Shown piece by piece: positions 38,101-47,569 of a DNA stretch of 64,000 bases; position 1 is the stretch's first letter, and each line of letters starts with the position of its first letter. The stretch spans positions 616 to 64,615 of the forward strand of contig CAKZOW010000075.1 in NCBI GenBank assembly GCA_937138345.1, written 5' to 3'. The position numbers were made by a program, and so were the translations under genes. The notes beneath the pieces were generated by a model. The model searched no databases. It was not told the origin of the DNA and saw only the letters and a list, made by a program, of their open reading frames with translations. The stretch comes from an uncultured archaeon. Its GTDB lineage: Archaea; Nanobdellota; Nanobdellia; Woesearchaeales; UBA583.

Positions 38101-41100
38101 TCTCAAAAGTAATTCTCTGTGATTCAAAATTCTCTAAAGTTACACTACCCGTCTCACCAATAGATTGCAAATCATAATACAAACTAACATTAACATCTAT
38201 ACAATCAACTACATCTGCACAAGTAACATTTAATGTAATTGGGAAGGTAGTATTTTGTTCAACATCAAAAAGAACATCTGGATCTGGATTTTGCATAGTA
38301 ACATAAAGTGGTAGCTCAGTTGCTTCACAATCTAAAGCAATAGTATCTCCACTTGAATCCTGATTAGAAAATACTTGAAATACAGCGCTAAAGTTTCCTG
38401 CAACAGATGCTGAACAGATAAATTCAATTTCTGAAGTGTTTAAAGAGTCAATAGTAGAACCTTGAGCAAACGGAGTTGAAAATAAAGAACAATCTCCACT
38501 CAAACAACTAACCTGAACATTAGTATGATCTACTACACTTGCATCAAGTTGAGTAGATAAACTAACAGGATTATAATTTACAACAACCCCATTAAAATTT
38601 AAAGTATCATCTACAAAAGAAATTCTTGGCCTATCAACAATACTAACATTTACTAAATTTGAAATAACTTCTGGAAGAGATGACTTTGTTCTAACTTCTA
38701 ATTCATGGAATGAACCCAAAGGACCTGTACTATTAACTTGAAAAGAAACTACACAAGAACCATCAATTGGCACTAAACAAGAATCAGTAGTAGAACCCAG
38801 GATTCTAAATGGAGATAACGAACTATTTGTAACTTGGATGCTATTTGCATACAAACTAACATCCACATCCCCACAAGAGCCATTACATGATAAATTTACA
38901 TCAAGGTTAAAACTTTGATTTTGAAGAACTTCAGTATTTGAAATTGGAGAAATAATTGTAGCATTTAATGAACTCTCACGAATAATAACACTCACATTAT
39001 TTGAAATTGGACCATAATTTGTTAAGCCAAATAATGTAAACAATGAATTCTCTGGAGCATTTGATGAAAGACTAAATGTTCTTGACTCTGAACTCCCCGC
39101 AGATACACTAAATGCTTGAGGATTCTGAGCAGTCCATAATGGATAAGTATTATTTATAGTAGAGATACTATCTTGACTTGAACTCATAGTTTGAATTAAA
39201 CCTTCCTCTAAAGCAAACCAAGCAACATCTTCATTTGCGTGAGTATCACAATCACCAGCTCCATCTTGTTCACAATACCTCACCTCTGCACTAGTGCCGG
39301 ACACGAGTCTAGCGCTTGGGTATTGTGGATCTTGACCCCCATTATCTGAGTTTTGATACACAGCAATAACAGGATCTACAAATGTCTCAGAAAAACTAAC
39401 TGGAGTCCATTCAGAATTTCCAATACTCTCCTCTCCATTTGAAAACTTAGAAAAATCTGCATTTGTAAAATCAATTGCAACATATCCATAAGTCTCACTA
39501 AAAGTCCCAGAACACGTATCGCCAGTCCCCGCATGATCACATGCAATAAGTGTAGCACCACTTGTTGTAATTGTTCCATCAACCCAACCACTAGGTGCAA
39601 TCTGACCTGTTGCACTGGAATAGTCTTGAGCTTGTGCAAATACACTCGGAACATTAGAAAATGTTTTTGAAAAACTAAATGCGGTATCTGATCCATCAGT
39701 TGGAACATTAGAGAGAGTTCCAACATCAATCCAACTCAATCCTGAAATAACATCAGAATCAAAAACCATGTAATGAACTTCTTCTTGTTCAACAACTGAT
39801 GAACAAGTACTAGCACCAGCATCCTCACATAATGAAAATTCAACATGTGTTGTATTAAGGTTATGAATAACTGGAATTAAAGCATTATTGTCGGAATCTG
39901 TATCACTTGCAGGAGTTGCAATTACAACAGGTGTTGAATTATATGTTTTCATAAATTCAATCAATACCCTTTGATTATTCTGAGTTGTAAATGAACCTGT
40001 CTCACCAATTGATTCTACTCCATCATAAATCAAATCTATAGTAACACCTGAACAATCAAGTGCACCTACACAACTAACATTAAATACAACATCAAGTCCT
40101 TCATTTAAATAAAAATCACTTGGATTAGCAATAGGAGATACAACATCAATAGTAATTGTTGAAGGTGGAGAAATTACAAAAGTATCTTCTAAATTAATTG
40201 TTGGTAATGTAGCATGAGAACAACTCACATTATAAAAAAAACTTCCTGCACTTGGAAAAGTTGAATAAAAATCATATTGCCCAATTGATGTATTATAGTT
40301 CATTGGAGAAAAAGAGCCATAACTTCCATTTGTATTAAATTGAATTTGACAATTTGCATCATCAACTTGTGATGTATTAACAAAACTATAATTTGCAAAA
40401 AAACCAATCTCAGTATTTATACCAACTGGAAAAAAATCACTATAATCATAAATTGATAAGGAACTATTTTCTACAACAGTATAATTTGAAAAATGAGGTA
40501 CACCTACTTCTAAAATTCCTCCAGAATAAGTTAAAATACTACATTGAGTACAAATACTATTTCCGTTAACCAATACAATCGGTTCAACTTCATCGATATT
40601 GTAAAATCTCAAAATAGCAGACACATTGTAGTTGGTAAGAACCTGAGAATCTAAGCTCATAAATGAATCAGAAATTGTAACATAAGTATCTAGATCTGCA
40701 TTGTCTGCATCAATACATTGTGTAAATTCAATACTCCCAAAAGAAGTATTTTCAAGAATTAAGTTACAAACATTTGAGATATTTGACACTAATGATAAAT
40801 CTGTTGTAGTACCATCAAAAGTTTCATAAGAAACATTCAATGGACTAATTAAAGTAATCTGTCTTGATAGTAATTCTACCTGAGATGAAGTTCTATCTTC
40901 TGCTCTTAGCGTAAAATTATAATTCCCAGGAGTTATTGAAATAGTTGTGGTGACATCGCTACAATCTGAACATAAAGAAACAAATGAACCACCATTTAAT
41001 GAATATGAGAAATCAGAACTTTTCGTTGCAAAAGCATCAACTAAAATTGAATTTCCAATAGATGTCAAATTCTCAAGCGGAGATATTAATGATACAACAT

Positions 41101-44100
41101 AAGGAATTACTACAGGTTCTAATACTTCAAAACTAACATCATCATTATCATAATACTGGCCCACATTTGCACAAAAATCATTTTCTCCATCCCAATCAAC
41201 AATACATCTTACATAATGAGTACCTGTTACATCATCCACAGTAAATGTTTGAGAAACAGAGTTAGGGTTTCCATCTACAGCATTACCACTGAAGAGCTGA
41301 GTCCAGTCTGTTGAATTGTAGTAATACATATATATCTCAGTTCCAGCGTCATAAGGATCATAAAAACAAGTAGCTTCAACACTAGTTCCCCAAAACATAG
41401 TTGACATATTAATTTCTACCTCTTGTACATTTTCATCACCAGCATTACCCAAACTACTTGAGCACGAATCAAAGGTATTATCTCCCTCGCTTGTTGCAGG
41501 CCACAAAGAACAATCAAAGCCAAAAGTATCACTACATGTCCTACCAGAAGTATTTATAAGAGTTAATGGATCTACATAAAAAACACTGAAATTTATTGTT
41601 TCATTGATAATTTCTGAAGTTAAAATGTCCTGAGCAAATAGTGTTAATGAATAATTACCATTTCTAAATACTTCATCAATTAGGAATGTATCACAAGATG
41701 AACATATCTCAACGCCTGGTCCACCATTAATTGAATAAGAAATATCTGCATTTTTTGAAGTAAGTCCTGAAATACTAATAACTGGATTAGTATATTCTAT
41801 ATTCAAAGGAGAAAGAAGAGATAATGTAAATGGGATTTCAACTAATTCTAAAACCTCAATACTTGCATCATCATTATCATAATAAGAACCACCATCTCCG
41901 CATTGATCATTCTCACCATCCCAGTCAACAATACACCTGTAATAATGAGTACCAACAACTGAGTCAACCTGATGAACAACACTCACATTATGAACATTAG
42001 CATCTGGAGCATTACCACTGTAGAGCTGAGTCCAATCTGTTGTGTTATAATAATAGATATACTCCTCAGTTCCTGCACCATAAGGATCAAATTGACATGT
42101 TACCTCAACACTATCTCCACCATACACTAATGTTGAATTAATAAAAACCTCGTCAACATGCTCGTCTCCAGCACCTCCTATCGCGCTTGGGCATGAGTCA
42201 AAGGTATTATCCCCCTCACTTGTTGCAGGCCACAAAGAACAATCAAAGCCAAAAGTATCACTACAAGTTCTCTGTGTACTATCAGCTGGAGGATTAATTA
42301 TATCACTAGTTACACTAAATGATTCTATCCATATATTTTCTTCCAATGTACTATCTGCTACTGCTCTAACTTCAATATCATAAGAACCAATAGTCAAAAA
42401 TATTATTTCATCAAAACTAATACAATTAGAACAAATTTCAATAAAAGAACCGCCATTAATTGAATAAGAAATAGTAGAGCTAACATCTGTAGTTCCAGCT
42501 ACAGTGATCAATGGTGATGAATATGCTAAGTTTTGAGGTGAAGTGATATTTAAAAACGGATTTAGTACTTCAAAACTAACATCATCATTATCATAATATT
42601 GTCCTGTCTCAGCACAAAAATCATTCTCACCATCCCAATCAATAATACATCTTACGTAATGAGTACCTGAAACTAAAGAAACGGGAATTGTCGCACTCAC
42701 TTGATGAACATTACCATCAGGAGCATTCCCAGCATATAATTGAATCCAATCTGTTGTATTGTAGTAATAAATATACTCTTCAGTTCCTGCACTATATGGA
42801 TCAAACGTACAAGTAGCTTCAACAGATTCTCCAAAATAAACCAAGGAAGAATTTACAATAACACTATCAACATGCTCATCATTAGCACCCCCAGTACTTG
42901 AAGGACATGAGTCAAAAGTATTATCTCCTTCGCTTGTTGCAGGCCAATCTGAGCAATCAAAGCCAAAAGTATCGGTACATGATCTCTGAGTTCCCTGTAC
43001 TAGTGGATCAATTGCAAAAAGCCATGATCTATTTTCAAGAAAGTAATCCTGTGTTCCATAAGAAATTTGAGCTCTTCCTAATTCATATAAATATGGAGTT
43101 AGCAGAGGAGTTTGAGAATAATAAAAGAAATTTTCATGTGTAGAAATATTATCCCAAATAAGATATTTTCTTGATTTATCTTCTGATTGTTCTACCCTAT
43201 CTGCATTAGTATCTGTAATCTCAAATGTTGAAGGAATACTTTCCCTTAATTCAGTTATTTGGTTTAACTCATAATTGGTTAAAGTAAATTCATTTCTAAA
43301 AGGCCCTAAAAAAGGATCAATTGTCGCTGGCACATTTCTTATAATATCAAAAGGAATAGTATCAACAACATTCACATAACTTTTTCTATTTAATTCATAA
43401 TCTCCTACCTGTGTCGTAACATCAATGAGATATTTTCCAGTCTCAGTTACATTATAATATGCAAAATATACACCATTTTTTTTACTCTCAACAATTCCTC
43501 TATCTTGTGTTGTTATTTGTATGAAATCCCCTCCTGGAGTTTCTAACTGAAGTGATATATTTGAAGAAGAAACTAAATAACCATTAGGATCTAAAACTAC
43601 AATTACAAATTTTACAATAGATTGTACTTCATAAAGAGGCTTTTGAGTATTAATTGAAACCAACCCATATGCAAAAAATTCATCATCTCCCATTATCGTT
43701 TCTTTCTTATAAATACCTGGAGTTAAATTTTGTAAACTTGAATTTACAAAAACCTCCTTAGTATTTAAGTTAATATAAGTATTTTCTTGAGATTGATTTT
43801 CTAAATCTTGAGATTCTAAAGAAGGTAGAAAAACTTTTTCCTGAGATCTAGCATTTGTCTCCTCGTCTAAAAATATTACTGTTGAATTCTCCAAAAGAAT
43901 AATCTCTTCATCTTTTTCAATAAGAACTTTTTCTTCAGTACCATCTAAATTAATTTTTGTAATTTCTCTTTGAGTATCAATACTCTGTTCTCTAAAAGAA
44001 GAATTAAATAAAGAAGTAGTATTTACACTTCTTGGTTTTTTAATTGGTTTCTCAACTTCCTCTTTTTTCTCAATAATACTCTCAAGTTCAGAATCATCTT

Positions 44101-44806
44101 GCTCGATAGAACCTGTATTTTCTCCCTCATCATCAAAATATCCTAATTCGAAACTATAAAGGCTCTCACCAAAATCACTATAAACATTAACCTGATATTC
44201 TCCTAAAATTAATGGCTGAGATACATTAAAAGAAAAACTACATTGATATATACAGTTGAGTGAAAATGATGTTTTTTGATCTGGAACAGATTTTGGAAAA
44301 ATATCAAAAAAAAATTCTCCTTCTTGAGTTGAAGTAAGAAATCCATTGACTTTAGTTGTAATAGAATCCCTAGTTACTTCTACCCTTTTTGGAAGGGACA
44401 CACTATAAATTTCATTTTTTATCTCCTCTAAAACAAAAGAACTTCTTTGTGTAAATTTATTTCTCTCATATCTTGTAGAAACAATAATTTCATGAACTCC
44501 AAATGTGGTTCTTCCAATTCTTAATTTTTCAAAACAACTATAACCTGAACAAGAAAATTTTCTTGATGAAATTACAATATTTTCAGAGTTAATAATTTCT
44601 ACATCAAATGTAATCTCAGTATCAATTTCTTTACTAATTCCTAAATCTAAAAAGTAACTTGAATCTTCAAAAACTACTTCAACATTAGATATTGAAAATA
44701 AACCATCAGATACTCGCTGCGTTGCTGAAAACAATGAAAATAGTAATAGTAATACAACAAATATACTAATACCTATTCTCTTTGAAATCTTCATAGAAGA
44801 TTTCAA
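35111..44806 (-). CDS. giant secreted surface protein (3231 aa) with multiple repeat classes and a DUF2341 + LamG-like region
   Basis: Uninterrupted 9.7-kb ORF with an N-terminal signal peptide. Contains three Cys-rich ~240-aa units, two ~275-aa near-identical units and recurring ~45-aa Ig/CARDB-like modules. The segment KPWFNRSYAYRQNISF...FYYGNDEA (about 36330-36670) fits DUF2341 and is followed by a ConA/LamG-like segment. Confidence 0.85.
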   Translation of the reverse strand: MKSSMKISKRIGISIFVVLLLLFSLFSATQRVSDGLFSISNVEVVFEDSSYFLDLGISKEIDTEITFDVEIINSENIVISSRKFSCSGYSCFEKLRIGRTTFGVHEIIVSTRYERNKFTQRSSFVLEEIKNEIYSVSLPKRVEVTRDSITTKVNGFLTSTQEGEFFFDIFPKSVPDQKTSFSLNCIYQCSFSFNVSQPLILGEYQVNVYSDFGESLYSFELGYFDDEGENTGSIEQDDSELESIIEKKEEVEKPIKKPRSVNTTSLFNSSFREQSIDTQREITKINLDGTEEKVLIEKDEEIILLENSTVIFLDEETNARSQEKVFLPSLESQDLENQSQENTYINLNTKEVFVNSSLQNLTPGIYKKETIMGDDEFFAYGLVSINTQKPLYEVQSIVKFVIVVLDPNGYLVSSSNISLQLETPGGDFIQITTQDRGIVESKKNGVYFAYYNVTETGKYLIDVTTQVGDYELNRKSYVNVVDTIPFDIIRNVPATIDPFLGPFRNEFTLTNYELNQITELRESIPSTFEITDTNADRVEQSEDKSRKYLIWDNISTHENFFYYSQTPLLTPYLYELGRAQISYGTQDYFLENRSWLFAIDPLVQGTQRSCTDTFGFDCSDWPATSEGDNTFDSCPSSTGGANDEHVDSVIVNSSLVYFGESVEATCTFDPYSAGTEEYIYYYNTTDWIQLYAGNAPDGNVHQVSATIPVSLVSGTHYVRCIIDWDGENDFCAETGQYYDNDDVSFEVLNPFLNITSPQNLAYSSPLITVAGTTDVSSTISYSINGGSFIEICSNCISFDEIIFLTIGSYDIEVRAVADSTLEENIWIESFSVTSDIINPPADSTQRTCSDTFGFDCSLWPATSEGDNTFDSCPSAIGGAGDEHVDEVFINSTLVYGGDSVEVTCQFDPYGAGTEEYIYYYNTTDWTQLYSGNAPDANVHNVSVVHQVDSVVGTHYYRCIVDWDGENDQCGDGGSYYDNDDASIEVLELVEIPFTLSLLSPLNIEYTNPVISISGLTSKNADISYSINGGPGVEICSSCDTFLIDEVFRNGNYSLTLFAQDILTSEIINETINFSVFYVDPLTLINTSGRTCSDTFGFDCSLWPATSEGDNTFDSCSSSLGNAGDENVQEVEINMSTMFWGTSVEATCFYDPYDAGTEIYMYYYNSTDWTQLFSGNAVDGNPNSVSQTFTVDDVTGTHYVRCIVDWDGENDFCANVGQYYDNDDVSFEVLEPVVIPYVVSLISPLENLTSIGNSILVDAFATKSSDFSYSLNGGSFVSLCSDCSDVTTTISITPGNYNFTLRAEDRTSSQVELLSRQITLISPLNVSYETFDGTTTDLSLVSNISNVCNLILENTSFGSIEFTQCIDADNADLDTYVTISDSFMSLDSQVLTNYNVSAILRFYNIDEVEPIVLVNGNSICTQCSILTYSGGILEVGVPHFSNYTVVENSSLSIYDYSDFFPVGINTEIGFFANYSFVNTSQVDDANCQIQFNTNGSYGSFSPMNYNTSIGQYDFYSTFPSAGSFFYNVSCSHATLPTINLEDTFVISPPSTITIDVVSPIANPSDFYLNEGLDVVFNVSCVGALDCSGVTIDLIYDGVESIGETGSFTTQNNQRVLIEFMKTYNSTPVVIATPASDTDSDNNALIPVIHNLNTTHVEFSLCEDAGASTCSSVVEQEEVHYMVFDSDVISGLSWIDVGTLSNVPTDGSDTAFSFSKTFSNVPSVFAQAQDYSSATGQIAPSGWVDGTITTSGATLIACDHAGTGDTCSGTFSETYGYVAIDFTNADFSKFSNGEESIGNSEWTPVSFSETFVDPVIAVYQNSDNGGQDPQYPSARLVSGTSAEVRYCEQDGAGDCDTHANEDVAWFALEEGLIQTMSSSQDSISTINNTYPLWTAQNPQAFSVSAGSSESRTFSLSSNAPENSLFTLFGLTNYGPISNNVSVIIRESSLNATIISPISNTEVLQNQSFNLDVNLSCNGSCGDVDVSLYANSIQVTNSSLSPFRILGSTTDSCLVPIDGSCVVSFQVNSTGPLGSFHELEVRTKSSLPEVISNLVNVSIVDRPRISFVDDTLNFNGVVVNYNPVSLSTQLDASVVDHTNVQVSCLSGDCSLFSTPFAQGSTIDSLNTSEIEFICSASVAGNFSAVFQVFSNQDSSGDTIALDCEATELPLYVTMQNPDPDVLFDVEQNTTFPITLNVTCADVVDCIDVNVSLYYDLQSIGETGSVTLENFESQRITFEREYSSNPVVIATPVSDTDSDNNALIPVITSLDTTGFTIALCEDAGASTCSSVVEQEEVHYMVFDSDVISGLSWIDVGTLSNVPTDGSDTAFSFSKTFSNVPSVFAQAQDYSSATGQIAPSGWVDGTITTSGATLIACDHAGTGDTCSGTFSETYGYVAIDFSNADFSRFSNGEESIGNSEWTPVSFSETFVDPVIAVYQNSDNGAQDPQYPSARLVSGTSAEVRYCEQDGAGDCDTHANEDVAWFTLEEGLMTIGSKELVSPILGSTPFYLDSNPQFINVSSGTSSLVTYLLNATGPVDSRHVMFGELGNLVDTQRLELRILGENQLTFEDSLITFDEVFQSEGNEINSTNLFSRYANSNIFITCISGNCSSFSTSFTQGSSLVENQSSEVFFSCLDSNVGTVSAVFEVSSDDTSTTDTLTLQCSIVVKSLDIDLVNPLPLSTTQVIQNTTLLVSVNVSCQDVLGCSNITSSLYFDDLDKPWFNRSYAYRQNISFTAPATTTENFVYLLELNNSNVGSNFNWNNQCNDFLFSSSGLELDYYVDYCDFGSQVARIFIESHIPLVVSQQYNFEFYYGNDEAISRSDGAETFLYFEDFENFVSQLDGSLPVGWSDLDSGVVRLATETSGNRALLKDTNDDPNGGFVDVGFNFVNYEMYLKTNRINTNGGGANRYALSDNSGNGYGPYLNNFGASTQFQIEERTGDVASTVATGTNFATSQNAWYTQRFSYFNQDIEFEIFDSSYTQLNFMTGNDNTFSSFSRFTIHGGNEYLTDDIFIREYFGSDPSYSFSSEERRYSLISNTSAELPLFIEGPNPVNLNLVFGESIVLGYLLNASGDINTSYDIFGELSNGDQTQLTTVEIIDEINFDTNLSLEIESTQLGEGVYDTIFRVNNLLSDQTTLDKNITLHLYVPDYVSVSSFDVGSSLRYSVFQENENLIDVYSTNGTLYEFELYSLMLNQGVFSAYTGSRTLDNSWELRVNISSQTRREFFKEVLVGLE
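37345..38170 (-). repeat. intragenic repeat copy R2 (~825 bp)
   Basis: Matches 39193-40018 at a fixed 1848-bp offset. 37663-37975 is identical to 39511-39823 (313 bp). Confidence 0.9.
39193..40018 (-). repeat. intragenic repeat copy R1 (~825 bp)
   Basis: See R2. The protein segments SIGETGS...VAWF(A/T)LEEGL are nearly identical. Confidence 0.9.
40850..42995 (-). repeat. three tandem ~720-bp units encoding a Cys-rich module plus an Ig-like domain
   Basis: Units start near 42995, 42277 and 41548. Conserved block C(T/S)DTFGFDCSxWPATSEGDNTFDSC ... GTHYVRCI(I/V)DWDGENDFC ... YYDNDDVSFEVL. Confidence 0.85.
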
Positions 44807-44916
44807 GATAATACTACTTTTAAAGTTACGTTGTCTAAAAAAAGAAAAACCAAAATAATAGAAAAAATAACCTTGTAGATTAGTTAAAAAAGAAAAAGAA
44901 AAGTAATGTTAAAACA

Positions 44917-46734
44917 TTACATAAATAATACTAAAGCACCAATTACTAGAGCTAAAACTCCCAAGATATATTCTACTTTTGCTGATGCAAAGGAATAAGC
45001 CCCTTCAACAACAACTGCTTGAGTTCCTCCTACTTGATCAACAGCAAGAGGGTCGACTCCCGTTAGGAATAAATCGTCAAAATTAAACTCACCTGAACCT
45101 GAAACATTATATGTCAGTGTCCAAGTATTATTTACATTTGAAGCACCTCCGTATAAATCAAGTGATGAATTTGAAGGATTACCCGCAGCAATTAAACCAT
45201 ATTGAAACATTGTACCATTGTAAATTGTATCATTTAATGTCTCATTTGCAGCATTTGTAGTATACCATGGTGAATTTGAAAATACAAATGGTGAAGTTAA
45301 AGTGAAAGTATTAGGAATAAAGTTGTAAACAACTACTGCTTGATCTGCAGGCGTTGGTGATGAACCTAAATTAGTAACTGTAATTAAAACATTAAAGTTA
45401 TCATCACTGAGTCTAGTAATATTTCTAGAAATTTCTAACCAATAACCTGTTGCTAAATAAAGCTCTTTAATGTATACAACATCTTGTCCATAGGAAACTG
45501 ATCTATTTTGAATTTGAAGACCATCATCAATAACTAAAGCATCAAAATCCATCCAAACAATAGGTGATGAACTAAATGTATAATTAAAATACCACTCTGA
45601 ACCTGAGTTATTCCAAGGCACAGTTGATGAGTTTAGTAATACATTAGGAAAGTAATCATTAGTTAGAGTTGTTCCTGAAATTGTATCATTATCAATAATT
45701 GAAGGGTTTGTAAAACCTGTTCCTGTTCCATCTCTTACCGATACCCATAATGAAACTTGAGTTAAATTAACATCAATGTCTGTAGGGTTTGAAACTTCTG
45801 AAGTAATTTGCCATGTTGCATTATCTCCAGTTAAGGTATTGTTTAAGAATTTCTCAAATTCTAAATCTAAGTCAACTAAAGCTTCAGTTGAAACTAAACC
45901 AATTCTTGAGAAAGTTCCATTGTACTGATAAGTCATAGTAGTATTTACAATATCATATGTTCCTGCAGTATTTACTCCTGGAGGTGTAATCGTATCATAG
46001 GAAATATCAGTTGTAGTTGCTGCATTTAAACAACCACCTGCTAATGCTGACCAAGTAATAGACCTATTATCTCCTGAAACTACTGCATTACCTGAGTCAG
46101 ATCCTGCAACTGATGAATCATCAAATGTCACGTTTTCAAGAGTTCCTGAATTATTAATTGATAAAGCATTATGAACTAATGAAATATTATAAACACAATT
46201 ATTTGGATATGCTGTAGCATTCATAACATTTTGAACAGTATCAGTAATTGTAATTGGTTGACCTGCAAATACTCTAGAATCTGAATATGATGCTGTTAAA
46301 TTCAAAGCAGGTGCAATTAATGAAGTATTTACATCATAAGTAAATTCAACAAAATTACCAGCACCAATATCTGGAATAAATAATAACATATAATCTGATG
46401 CTGTATTAAATTCTGAAACAAAACCAGAACCAGAACTATTAACAACATTTGAAATTGTACTAATTCCTGAAATATTAATTAAAACATCCTGTGCAGCTTG
46501 AGTTGCATGAATATTTGAAATATTAATACTTCCTGATGCACTGTAATTAGACTGGTTTTCACCCGCATCAGCATATAATCCAGAAGTTGAACCAAGAGGG
46601 TCATATCTAACATTCTCGGCAATAGTTTCTGAAAAATCAATATTTAGAATTGGTGATGCTGAAGATGCAGCAGACAATCCTACTAATAACACAAAAAGAA
46701 TTTGCATTAACCTTAACTGAAAACTTGTATTCAT
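44917..46734 (-). CDS. secreted N-x-S/T-rich surface protein with C-terminal TM anchor (S-layer-like candidate)
   Basis: Signal peptide MQILFVLLVGLSAASSASP, dozens of N-x-S/T sequons, and a C-terminal helix YILGVLALVIGALVLFM. Confidence 0.5.
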   Translation of the reverse strand: MNTSFQLRLMQILFVLLVGLSAASSASPILNIDFSETIAENVRYDPLGSTSGLYADAGENQSNYSASGSINISNIHATQAAQDVLINISGISTISNVVNSSGSGFVSEFNTASDYMLLFIPDIGAGNFVEFTYDVNTSLIAPALNLTASYSDSRVFAGQPITITDTVQNVMNATAYPNNCVYNISLVHNALSINNSGTLENVTFDDSSVAGSDSGNAVVSGDNRSITWSALAGGCLNAATTTDISYDTITPPGVNTAGTYDIVNTTMTYQYNGTFSRIGLVSTEALVDLDLEFEKFLNNTLTGDNATWQITSEVSNPTDIDVNLTQVSLWVSVRDGTGTGFTNPSIIDNDTISGTTLTNDYFPNVLLNSSTVPWNNSGSEWYFNYTFSSSPIVWMDFDALVIDDGLQIQNRSVSYGQDVVYIKELYLATGYWLEISRNITRLSDDNFNVLITVTNLGSSPTPADQAVVVYNFIPNTFTLTSPFVFSNSPWYTTNAANETLNDTIYNGTMFQYGLIAAGNPSNSSLDLYGGASNVNNTWTLTYNVSGSGEFNFDDLFLTGVDPLAVDQVGGTQAVVVEGAYSFASAKVEYILGVLALVIGALVLFM

Positions 46735-46798
46735 ATATTCAAAACTAAAAATAACGATTTTTATATAATATTAACAACTCATAAGTAGTAGGTATGAA

Positions 46799-47569
46799 TC
46801 ATAATCTCTCATAAGCAGGTTTTTTCTCAAATTCATCTGGGTTTGAAACTGAATTTTTTCTTATTTCTTTTAATTTCTCTTTTGTATCCAAAGGTAATTT
46901 CTCAGTTGCAGCTCCAAAAGCATCTGCAGAAATATCTTTAATATAAATTTCTAAGAAGTCTAGTGTCTCTTCGGGATATAAGGTATAAAGTTCTTTTAAT
47001 GTCCATCCAAGTCCTTTTTGAACATAATAATCTTTTTCTGATAGAAGCATTTTAACCTTTTGAATAACTAATTCAAATTGTAAAATATTTTTTCTCTGAG
47101 AAGCATAATAGAGAAGAGAAGTAAGTGAGAGTCTTTTTTGCCAGGAATTCCCATTAATTGTAAATTCTCCTAAAAAATGAAGAAAAGATTTTTTATAATC
47201 AACTAACTTAGCATAAATTTTTGAGAGCAAATCACTATGCACCCAGTGTTCAATATCATAAGACAATTTTACAACATCTTCTTTTCTAGAAAATAGAAAA
47301 TCAACTTCAATAAGATCTAACTGCATTAATACATAAGTGAGCACTTCAAATATATCCGAAGTATGAAAACAATAGGTAAAAATCTCAAATTGATCTTCAA
47401 CTGAGAGTAAATATATTTCTTCAATTTTCAGTTTTCTTAAATGTGTATGAGAAATTCCCAAATATTGTAATTCCAAATCTCTAAAATCCTTAGTAATAGT
47501 AACATTTTTTCTTGGCAGTTTTCCTATTTCAAGTTCTATAATTCTTCTGTATTTTTCTAAATCAATCAT
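46799..47569 (-). CDS. DNA alkylation repair protein (AlkD-like HEAT repeats)
   Basis: SWQKRLSLTSLLYYA and YYVQKGLGWTLKELY motifs typical of the family. Confidence 0.6.
   Translation of the reverse strand: MIDLEKYRRIIELEIGKLPRKNVTITKDFRDLELQYLGISHTHLRKLKIEEIYLLSVEDQFEIFTYCFHTSDIFEVLTYVLMQLDLIEVDFLFSRKEDVVKLSYDIEHWVHSDLLSKIYAKLVDYKKSFLHFLGEFTINGNSWQKRLSLTSLLYYASQRKNILQFELVIQKVKMLLSEKDYYVQKGLGWTLKELYTLYPEETLDFLEIYIKDISADAFGAATEKLPLDTKEKLKEIRKNSVSNPDEFEKKPAYERL

Noticed and set aside
37528-39729. Track ORFs 37528..37881 and 39376..39729 (117 aa each, nearly identical)
   Set aside because: They are off-frame shadows (same strand, different reading frame) of the two near-identical repeats inside the giant gene. 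Their duplication simply mirrors the DNA repeat.
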